Shown piece by piece: positions 1 to 9,010 of a DNA stretch of 64,000 nt (its first letter is position 1; each line of letters starts with the position of its first letter). Source of the DNA: Mobula hypostoma (Eukaryota). The position numbers were made by a program, and so were the translations under genes. The stretch is taken from the NCBI RefSeq assembly GCF_963921235.1, contig NC_086108.1, forward strand, positions 35,838,001-35,902,000, given 5' to 3'. A model generated the notes under the pieces. That model ran no database searches. It was not told where the DNA came from and saw only the letters and a program-made list of their open reading frames with translations.

Positions 1-239
1 AAACACATCTGACTGTATGTTGGATCTGGCCTGTCAGGAGGGGATAACTAAAGTCAGATGAAATCAGTGAGATTAAAAGGGAGGGGGTTTAACTGTGTGG
101 GAGAGTCAAAAAGCAGCAAGTGGTGGCAAATGGTTGTTTTTCAAACTGAGCCGAACTGCCTCACATGGGGTCAACCAACACTTTTTACTATACACTATGT
201 TAATGAACAGCACTTGGCATAACTTCAATGTTTGTGGGT

Positions 240-500
240 GAATCCAAAAGGAAGTAAAGTGTAACGTATTACAGGAGAATGAAGGCCGGCTGCTGAGAGA
301 GACAGCATCATGACAGGTGAACTTTAGCGTGGAGCAGAGGAGGGTGATTCGCTTCAACAGAGCAATATAAATAGAGAGTAGTCTGGAAAGAGATGCAAGA
401 ACAGAAGAACCGAGGGGCGTCTGCGCAAAATCTTTGAAGGTGGGGGGACAAATTATGAAAGCTATTAAAGGAAATGAGAAGAAAAGGCATCTGACCATAC
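240..500 (+). mobile_element. Very decayed CR1 LINE RT fragment
   Basis: atgacaggtgaactttagcgtggag...gtgattcgcttc resembles the WQMKFNVEKCEVIHF block seen intact in the younger CR1 copies of this window. Confidence 0.35.
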
Positions 501-646
501 ATCCCTACAAGGGACTGTGAGGACTGCTGAGAAGATCATCAGGGTTCTCTTCCAACCACCAGGAGCATTACCTACACAGAGCCCTTAGCATTGTCAGTGA
601 CTCCACCCCCACCCCCACCATCTGTACCATAATCTCTTTAGCCACT

Positions 647-1812
647 GCAACACACATCAAAGTTGCTGGTGAACGCAGCAGGCCAGGCAGCATCTCTAGG
701 AAGAGGTACAGTCGACGTTTCGGGCCGAGACCCTTCGTCAGGACTAACTGAAGGAAGAATGAGTAAGAGATTTGAAAGTGGGAGGGGGAGGGGGAGATCC
801 AAAATGATAGGAGAAGACAGGAGGGAGAGGGATGGAGCCAAGAGCTGGACAGGTGATTGACAAAAGGGATATGAGAGGATCATGGGACAGGAGGCCCAGG
901 GAGAAGGAAAAGGGAGGGGGGGAAGGAAACTCAGAGAATGGGCAAGGGGTATAGTGAGAGGGACAGAGGGAGAAAAAGGAGAGAGAGAGAAAGAATGTGT
1001 GTATAAAAATAAATAACGGATGGGGTACGAGGGGGAGGTGGGGCATTAGCGGAAGTTTGAGAAGTCAATGTTCATGTCACCAGGTTGGAGGCTACCCAGA
1101 CAGATTTAAAGTGTTGTTCCTTCAACCTGAGTGTGGCTTCATCTTTATAGTAGAGGAGGCCGTGGATAGACATACCAGAATGGGAATGGGATGTGGAATT
1201 AAAATGTGTGGCCACTGGGAGATGCTGCTTTCTCTGGCGGACAGAGCGTAGGTGTTCAGCAAAACGATCTCCCAGTCTGCGTCGGGTCTTGCCAATATAT
1301 AGAAGGCCACATCGGGAGCACCGGACGCAGTATATCACCCCAGCCGACTCACAGGTAAAGTGTCGCCTCACCTGGAAGGATTGTTTGGGGCCCTGAATGG
1401 TGTTAAGGGAGGAAGTGTAAGGGCATGTGTAGCACTTGTTCCGCTTACAAGGATAAGTGCCAGGAGGGAGATCCGTGGGGAGGGATGGGGGGGAATGAAT
1501 GGACAAGGGAGTCGCGTAGGGACCGATCCCTGCGGAAAGCAGAGGGGCGGGAGGGAAAGATGTGCTTAGTGGTGGGATCCCGTTGGAGGTGGCGGAAGTT
1601 ACGGAGAATAATATGTTGGACCTGGAGGCTGATGGGGTGGTAGGTGAGGACCAGGGGAACCCTATTCCTAGTGGGGTGACGGGAGGATGGAGTGAGAGCA
1701 GATGTGCGTGAAATGGGGGAGATGCGTTTGAGAGCAGAGTTGATGGTGGAGGAAGGGAAGCCCCTTTCTTTAAAAAAGGAGGACATCTCCCTCGTCCTGG
1801 AATGAAAAGCCC
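647..1812 (-). mobile_element. Penelope-like retroelement, 5'-truncated: RT C-terminal region, GIY-YIG endonuclease and 3' pLTR
   Basis: ORFs 1445-1840 (-) (FFKERGFPSSTINSAL..RVPLVLTYHP) and 1072-1815 (-) (CKRNKCYTC...FTCESAGVIYCVRCSRCGLLYIGKTRRRLGDRFAEH), joined by a frameshift; the terminal repeat at 647-760 recurs across the window. Confidence 0.93.
709..750 (-). ncRNA. Minimal type I hammerhead ribozyme in PLE pLTR, intact core
   Basis: Reverse complement cagttagtc-ctgacga-a-gggtctcggccc-gaaa-cgtc-gactg: CUGANGA and GAAA boxes, stem II GGGU/GCCC, palindromic stem III ACGU, GUC cleavage triplet, stem I AGUC/GACU. Confidence 0.8.
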
Positions 1813-2486
1813 CATACCAGCTAATGTAGCATTGTGACAAAAACTATTAGGATGTGAAACAGCTTCTTACCCAGGCAATGAGACTACTGGACTCCAACCC
1901 AGGTCTCATCACTTATGAAGTGTCAATAGTGTTATACTGTTTACTTTTTAACCTGTGCTGTAAATGCACCTTATGCTAAATGCCAGTTTTCTAGAATCGA
2001 TTTTATTTGTGGTGGAATTACTCTGGGCTGTTTGTGAGTTATGTGTACTGTGGTTGTGTCCCTCAGTCTGGGGGAACATTGTTTCATTGGCAGGATACAT
2101 GCATACTGTTGAATGACAACAAACCTGGACTCGAACGTAAAAACGGAAGGGGATTACAATGTCACCAGCTACCCCAGCACGCGCCAGTGAGCATGAATCC
2201 ACAGTTTCCATTGCAAACATAAGATCAGTCTTCTGGAGAGGGAATCTGTGGAAAGTAACTGGACCAAGCAGTGTCCCTGGCTGTATCTCAGATCCAGCAC
2301 TGATCATCTGGCGTGAGTATTTGCAGATATTTTTAATTTTCCCTGGTACAATCTGAAGTTTCCACCTGCGTTAAGGAGACCACTATCATCCCAGTACCTT
2401 AGAAAAACATGAACATCATTCTTACCCTTAGCCATTAGGCTCTATGAGTCAACCAGTAGCTGGGGAAGTGATGATCCCCTCCTGTT

Positions 2487-2593
2487 TCCTTCAGTTAGTC
2501 CTGACGAAGGGTCTCAGCCTGAAACGTCGACTGTACCTCTTCCTAGAGATGCTGTCTGGCCTGCTGCATTCACCAGCAACTTTTATGTGTGTT
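2487..2593 (+). mobile_element. Solo PLE pLTR insertion (107 bp) with 13-bp TSD
   Basis: Matches the reverse complement of 650-755; flanked by identical atcccctcctgtt at 2474-2486 and 2594-2606. Confidence 0.88.
2492..2533 (+). ncRNA. Minimal type I hammerhead ribozyme, intact core
   Basis: cagttagtc-ctgacga-agggtctcagcct-gaaa-cgtc-gactg; stem II can pair as AGG/CCU. Confidence 0.72.
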
Positions 2594-3202
2594 ATCCCCT
2601 CCTGTTGGACTGTTTGTGGTAACTTATTTTTTATTCTTTCCACTTCTCTTCTAATATTTATATCTGTATACTTGTAATGCTATTGTGACACTGTAATTTC
2701 CTTTGGGATCAATAAAGTATCTACCTACCTTAATAACTGCTTCCTATTAGCTCTGGCATCCACCATCTTGAAGTGCTTTGAGAGACTGGTCATGAAATGC
2801 ATTAACTGACAACCTCGCCCCACTGCATTTGGCCATAATAAACAAATTTACCATTAAAAAAGCTCAAGAACTCCTTGATTTGATATTGACATTGGTTTAA
2901 TTATTGTCACATGCACCAAAATGCAACAAAAAAAGTGTTTGCATGTCATCCAGACAGAACAGTACAAGCATAAGCATATTAAGATAGTTAAATGGAAAGC
3001 AGAACATAGTGTTTCAGAGAAAGTGCAGTGCAGGAAGGCAAGCAAAGTACTGGGGAACAGAGACAGGCTATACAGTATAACACCAGTCAGCCTTTAGCTG
3101 AAATGTTGTGCTTAAATCTGAGTGGCAATTTGTAGCAAGAAAGAATGGCCTTTGAAGAAGTGTAGAGGAGATCTGTTCCAGTGATAGTGGAGTCTAAAAG
3201 AG

Positions 3203-4460
3203 GGACAACTCAATGGCTCAGCTGATAGAGCTGCTGTCCCCCAGCTCTGGCAACGAGTGTTCAATCATGACATCAGGTGCACTCCATGTGGAGTTTGCAC
3301 GATCCCTCTGTGATGGTGTGGGTTTCTCCCCATAGACTCCAGTTCCTTTTCACATCATAAATTTGAACAGGCTTGTGAGTTAACTGGTCACTGTAAATCA
3401 CATTGGCAAATCACCACCATTTTCAGGGTGCTTCCAGTCAAGACAGTACTGAGCCGCGATGTCTCTCGAGGTCATCACTTATACTTACTTGTTCTATAGG
3501 TTTGTAGGGATGGTTATTGGGGCACCACAGGGAGCTAGGGGACAGGTTAGGGATTAGGGACAGCAATCAGGGAGAGTTGGAGGATAGCGGAAGTGAACGA
3601 TGAGTCAGGCAGGGGTCAGATCCAGATTGGAATGTTTTGTAATTGAAGGCCAGTGATACACATGGATGCATGTTGAGTTGGCAGGTGCTGAAGATGAAGA
3701 TCAGTGATCCCTGTGGTCAATGTTCGAGGTCAGAGAACCTCATGGATGAGGGCTAGTCACCCTCTCCCCATGTTGGTGAGGCCTAAGATTGGAGGTACAT
3801 GTGGCAGGAGGCATGTAGGCCAGTGCCTCCTTGGTCAGCGAGTCCTGGGGTTGGAGGCCAAAAGTTCAAATTCCTGTGATTGTTTTGTCCTGGGCTGGAT
3901 ACCAAAGGTCAAAGCCCAGTGGTTGAAGACTGAAGTCAGCAAGTCCAGAAGTTGGAGGCCTGATGGTCAAAGCCCCTGATTCAGTGTGTCCAGAAGTTGG
4001 AGGGCCGATGTCTACGAGTGCTCAAGTCCAAGCCAAGGACTGGAGGTTGGAGGCCCGGAGGCAGCCTATCCTGGGGTTAAAGGCCTGTCTGTATGTGAGA
4101 GAATGGGTGGGTGGGAGAGAGGAAAGGAGCTTTTATTGCTGCTGTTGTGTTGTTGTTGCTTGTGTTGGTCTGCTGAACATTGTGGGCATTCTATGTTGGT
4201 GCCAGAAAGTGTGGCAACACTTGTGGGCTGCCCCCAGCACATCCTCTGGCTGCGTTGGTAGTTAGTGTCAATGATGCATTTCACTCTGTTTCAATGGACA
4301 TGCAATAAAAGAAATAAATCTGGATCAGAATCTCAAGCGGTGAAATAATAGTGGAGAATTGATGGGAGAATAAAATGAGTTGAGTATAGGATTGGTGTAA
4401 GTGGGTGCTCACTGGTCAGCATGGACAAAAGAGGCTGTTCCATTCCCCATGTCTGTGATG
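3203..4460 (+). mobile_element. tRNA-derived V-SINE (HE1-like), split by an insertion at about 3400-4332
   Basis: A box tggctcagctgatagag, B box gtgttcaatcat, V-domain-like tgtggagtttgcacg...gggtttctccc...ctccagttcc; 3' half resumes near 4335 (ggattggtgtaagtgggtgctcactggtcagcatggac). Confidence 0.6.
3400..4332 (+). mobile_element. Non-coding retroposon with Rex1-like 3' end
   Basis: Interrupts the V-SINE; ends in gcaataaaagaaataaatctggatcagaatc; internal short repeats of (tt)ggaggcc; no protein-like ORF. Confidence 0.4.
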
Positions 4461-4629
4461 GTGTATACAGGGAGAAGGGAAAGTGGAAACCTGTCTTTGG
4501 AGCACAGCAGATAACAAGGTACATTTGATAGGGTTGTTGAAAATTATGGAAAGTTTAGTTGAAGAGAAATTGTTTCAGTGGAAATAATCATTAACCAGAG
4601 GAACAGGGTGACAGGGTGGAGAGAAGTCT

Positions 4630-4941
4630 CTACCAAAGGAAGTGTAAGGGTCTCCTTCCCTCCACTAGCCTGCAGTTCACCCTTGGGCAAGGTGTAGCAC
4701 CTCTTAGCCCCTGATCATGGAGCAGGTGCTGGATGGTCGTATGAACAGCTGATGCATATATCTCAAGTCCTGCGGCCACTGACACCAGGCAGACAATCAC
4801 TGGAGAGTATTGGTAATGGCTGGGATCACCAGTCTTGTAAAGACACTGCCCGGAAGAAGACAATGGCAAAACTTTGCCAAGACAATCATGGTCATCGAAA
4901 GGCCATGACCACCTATGTCATGCGGCCGGCACCTAACGAAC
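4630..4941 (+). mobile_element. RTE-related short non-autonomous element
   Basis: gaagaagacaatggcaaaac...gccaagacaatcatgg...ccatgaccacctatgtcatgcggccggcacctaacgaac resembles an RTE/BovA-type 3' end. Confidence 0.5.
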
Positions 4942-5127
4942 AAACCAGAGAAATAAGCATAGGAACTAAAAGGGACAAAAATACAGTATGTGGCAAGATC
5001 TAGATTGTCTGCAATAGAATGGTAGAAGCAGAAGGATAACCCACAGCAGAATAATATGCAGGTCTATGGAGAAGAACAGTGAAGTGGAACAAACTGGGCT
5101 GCACTTTCAAAAGTATCAGATAAATTA

Positions 5128-5773
5128 ATATGATTATGATTGTGATTATGAGGACACGCAGTCCCCTTTTATTGTCATTTAGTAATGCATGCATTAAGAA
5201 ATGATAAAAATGTTTTTCCAGAATGATATCACGAAAACACATAACAAACTGACTTAAAAACTTGCAAAAACCACATAATTATAACAGTGCAAAGCAATAC
5301 CGTAATTTGATAAGAACAGACCATGGCACAGTAAAAGTCACAAAGTCTCTCGAAAGTCCCATCATCTCACGCAGACGGTAAACCTCCAGCGTCGCTAACT
5401 TGCCAATGCAGCATCCCGGAAGCATCCAACCACAGTCCGACTCTGAGTCCGTCTGAAAAACTCCAAGCCTCCGACCACCTATTTGACACCGAGCACCGAG
5501 CACCATCTCTGCCGAGCGTTTCGAGACCCTGGCCCCGGCAACAGGCGATACGCAAAGCTGAGGATTTGGGGCCTTCGTCTCCGGAGATTCTCGATCGCAC
5601 AGTAACAGCGGCAGCCAAGCAGGCATTTCAGAAGTTACTCCAGATGTTCCTCTGCATTTTCACGACTGTCCCCATCAAATCCGGACTGTGCACAGCACTC
5701 CTAGTTACACACATCGATATTCATTGGGAACGGCCGTGCGCGCTGCGTCGCACTGCCATCTTCTCCTCCCTCT
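5128..5773 (-). mobile_element. Non-autonomous retroposon family A, copy 1
   Basis: Collinear with 53498-54190 (+) and 57990-58648 (-); begins ggagaagatggca, ends gacaataaaag...gtcctcataatc with a short repeat tail. Confidence 0.8.
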
Positions 5774-5794
5774 TTCAGGTGGAAGATAAAATGG

Positions 5795-6606
5795 TTCAAA
5801 GGTTGAAAGATCCAATTTAATGTCAGAGAAATGTATACAATATACATCCTGAATTGCTTTTTCTTTGCAAACATCCACGGCAACAGAGAAGTGCCCCAAA
5901 GAATGAATGACAGTTAAACATAAGAACCCCAAAGTCCCCTCTCCCAGCTCCCCTCCCTCCCACACGTAAGAGGCAGTTAGGAACAATTCCCCCCCCCCAC
6001 CGGCAAAACAGAAGCAAACATTGGCACTGCCACCAAGCACTCAAGCATGAGCAAAGCAATTGTAAAGACACAGATCTGCAAAGACTACCTGTTCCACCCA
6101 GCATTCGACATACCACAGGTTCTCTCTCTCCTTAGTAAGGGAGACGGAGATGTCTCCATTTTCCCAGCGAGTGGGGAGACATAATAAACAACTCAATGAT
6201 TTACAATGTTAGAAGTCTGTTACATCGCTTTTTTCGAACTCTGTGCCTGAAGATCGCAAAAATCCCGGGTCTCCAGGCACACAGCAGACATCCCGACTCC
6301 CCTGACGACACATGGGTCTCCTGCCGTGACACTGACCCTCGATCATCCCGTCTCCAGAGCCCCAGGATCTTAGGCTTCCAAAACCGAGCCAGACTCTCAG
6401 GCCGAACCCTTGGCCGAACAACAGCCAATCCTGAAACCCCGAGATCAGGTCCCGCAAAGAACCGAAGCCTGTGTGTAACTCCAAGTCAGGGTCTTCAAAA
6501 GAACCCTGAAAGGGAACAATAAAGATATTATAGATAGGAATAGAGCTGTTTCCGAAGATGCAAGCAATGGAATCGCCGTTTAGCGCATCTTTACTTCGCT
6601 CCACCT
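5795..6606 (-). mobile_element. Non-autonomous retroposon family B, CpG-rich 5' half and Rex1-like 3' end
   Basis: Minus strand begins ggtggagcgaagtaaagatgcgctaaacggcg and ends ctgacattaaattggatctttcaacctttgaac; same architecture as family A but different sequence. Confidence 0.55.
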
Positions 6607-7039
6607 CCCAGAAGTACTGGGATTTGTATAAATTTTGAGAGGTGAGATGAGGCAAATGAAGGATGTCAAATGAACTCTGCATGGAAATGTGGACCATGTT
6701 CTCATATGATGCAGCCATACAGTCCAGTCATCAGGTTTGGGATGATCAATACAATCCAGAATCAAATCACTCCGTGCACTTACCCTCTGCATTGTCTAAA
6801 TATTTTAATTTTAGCAATGATTTTGTGAATCAGATAGCAACCGTGATGACTCACAGAACGCCAGACAGGGGACACTCAGTCACACCTACCTGTTGCGTAA
6901 TTCCCTATCAGGTAATGGAAAAAAGGATAGGCTTGAGGATGACACAAGAATTGGAATCGGGGAATATGTTTAAAAGTTTTTTCTCAGTCTGCTGTGGTTA
7001 TCATATCCTGGGTGGAGATCGGTAGCCAGAGGTGTTCTA

Positions 7040-8085
7040 CAGAGACCTGTTCGGGAACCTCTGCTGTTTGTGATTTTTATTAATGACTTGCATGAGAAAG
7101 TAGAGGGGTGGGTTTTTAAGTTTTCAGATAACAGAAAGGTTGGTGATGCTGTGAATAGTGTAGCAGGTTGTCATAGGTCACAATGGGACTTGGGTAGGAT
7201 GCAGAGCTGGAAAGATGAGAGTCTCATCCAGAAAAATGTGAAGTGATACACTTCAGAAGGTCAAACTTGAAGGCAGAGTTAATGGCAGGATTTTCAGCAG
7301 TGTGGAGGAACAGAGGGAACTTGGGGTGCATATTCTTTGTAACCTCAACACTGCCATGCAAGTTGGCAGGATGATTAAGAAGGCATATGGTGTACTGACC
7401 TTCATTAGTCAGGGGACTGAGATCAAGAGCCGTGAGGTAACATTGCAGCTCTATAAATCTGGTTAAACCACATGGAGTATTGTGTCTAGTTCTGGTTGCC
7501 ACATTATACAAAGGATATGGAAGCTTTAGAGAGGATGCAGAGGATATTTACCAGGAATAGGGTCTCGGCCTGAAACGTCGACTGCGCCTCTTCCTATAGA
7601 TGCTGCCTGGCCTGCTGCGTTCACCAGCAACTTTGATGTGTGTTGCTTGAATTTCCAGCATCTGCAGAATTCCTGTTGTTTATATTTACCAGGATAATGC
7701 CTAGATGTCTTATGAAGTTAGGATGGGTGAGCTAAGGCTTTTCTCTTTAGAGGTATATAAGATGATAAGAGGTAGAGATAAAGGGGACAGCCAGAGACTT
7801 TTCCCTGGGGCAGAAATGGCTAATACAAGAAGGTGTAATTTTAAGATGATTGGAGAAAAAGTAAGGAGGGAGGTTGTCAAAGATAGTTTTTTTTTAAAGG
7901 TGGGAGCTTGGAATGCCCTGCCAGGGCTGGTGCTAGAGACATTAGGGATATTTAAGAAACTCTTCGATAGGCAGATGGATGATAGAAAAATGGAGGGCTC
8001 TGTAGGAGGGAAGGTTAGATTGATCTTGGAGTAGGTTAAAAGATCAACACAATTTGAGAGATGAAGGGCCTGTACTGTGTTGGAC
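7040..8085 (+). mobile_element. Decayed CR1 LINE, RT 3' half and 3' UTR
   Basis: tttattaatgacttgcat (FINDL), aagttttcagataacagaaaggttggt (KFADD.K.G, decayed), ORF 7705-8034 (SYEVRMGELRLFSLE...GAWNALP). Confidence 0.85.
7557..7681 (+). mobile_element. Solo PLE pLTR plus tail, truncated inside the hammerhead, 13-bp TSD
   Basis: gggtctcggcctgaaacgtcgactg...cagaattcctgttgttt flanked by atatttaccagga at 7544-7556 and 7682-7694. Confidence 0.88.
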
Positions 8086-8564
8086 TACCCATGTGCCAAA
8101 GCAGTCCAATAGAATCTGCGCCTGCTGTGCAGAGAAACAGCAAAAACATCAAAGGTTCATTGTGCAATGAGTCGAATTCAACATAAATCCATAGAATCAT
8201 ACTGCATGGATATGCAGCCTAACATGTGCAAATCAAACAAGATGCCATCTCTGCGAACTAATCCCATTTGCCCGATTTCGCTCATACCCCTTTACACCCG
8301 TCCTATCCATGTACCTGTCCAAACAACTTTTAAGCATTGCAATTTACTGTTCTCTACAACTTTCTGTGGAAGCTTATTTCATATACCCACCACTCTCAGT
8401 GTGAAAACCTTGCCCCTCGGATTTGCCAAACTTAGACCGAGTTAATTTTGTCCTGGTTGCATAAACGCATTCATAGACTGTATTTAGCCTGACATATGTT
8501 GCTAAATTGGGACTCGCTGATTAAATCAGCTTTAGCATTTTTTACCATAACATTTTTTACATAG

Positions 8565-8599
8565 GCCAGCAATTACAAGGGACGCTTTGTCATCGACAA
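8565..8599 (+). CDS. Candidate 35-nt internal micro-exon of an unidentified host gene (frame 0: ASNYKGRFVID+AA)
   Basis: T-rich acceptor cattttttaccataacattttttacatAG, donor AA|GTGAGT, no stop in any frame, two CpGs, in a repeat-free island. Confidence 0.45.
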
Positions 8600-9010
8600 G
8601 TGAGTCTCTCTTGTTTCCTGCTGCCTCTCCCTGCAAGAAATGGAAATTGAAACATTCATGTTTAAACAGAAACCTGAAATTAATTCATGAGATCAGCTTA
8701 GTTGAAAGTGTTTGATGACAAATAAATCTTCAGGATTCTACCGTTCAGAGTCATAGATTCTTAGAGCACTAAGCACAGAAATAAGCCCTTTGACCCATCT
8801 ATTTCGTGCCTAGTCCCATTGACCTGCACCTGGACCATAGCCCTTCATAATATCCTCCCATCCATGTACCTGTTCAAAGTTCTCTTAAATGTTGAAATTG
8901 AACCGGCTTCCACCATTCCTGTTAGTAGTTTGTTCCACACCTCATCACCCTATAAGTGAAAAGATTGCCCCTATCTTCACCTTAAATATTTCACCTTTCA
9001 CCCTTAACCC

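Larger units (their letters stand above)
500..2130 (+). mobile_element. Rex1/Babar-type LINE 3' fragment, interrupted by a Penelope element
   Basis: ctacaagggactgtgaggactgctgagaagatcatc (LQ..VRTAEKII) before 646; aacagcttcttaccc...gcaatgagactactg (NSF.P.A.RLL) after 1815; 3' UTR-like end near gacaacaaacctggactcgaac. Confidence 0.5.
2340..2800 (+). mobile_element. Rex1/Babar-type LINE fragments
   Basis: cccacctgcgttaaggagaccactatcatcccagtacct-like block (PTC.KETTIIPVP), 3' UTR gggatcaataaagtatctacctacc, and atcttgaagtgctttgagagactggtc (I.KCFERLV). Confidence 0.5.

Noticed and set aside
663..1643. Plus-strand ORFs over the Penelope element, and similar antisense ORFs over CR1s such as 38602-39648 and 60256-60856
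   Set aside because: Antisense shadows of retroelement coding or UTR sequence; they recur wherever the repeat recurs.
3545..3560. ggttagggattaggg as interstitial telomeric repeat
   Set aside because: Only two units inside a G-rich repeat body; expected by chance.
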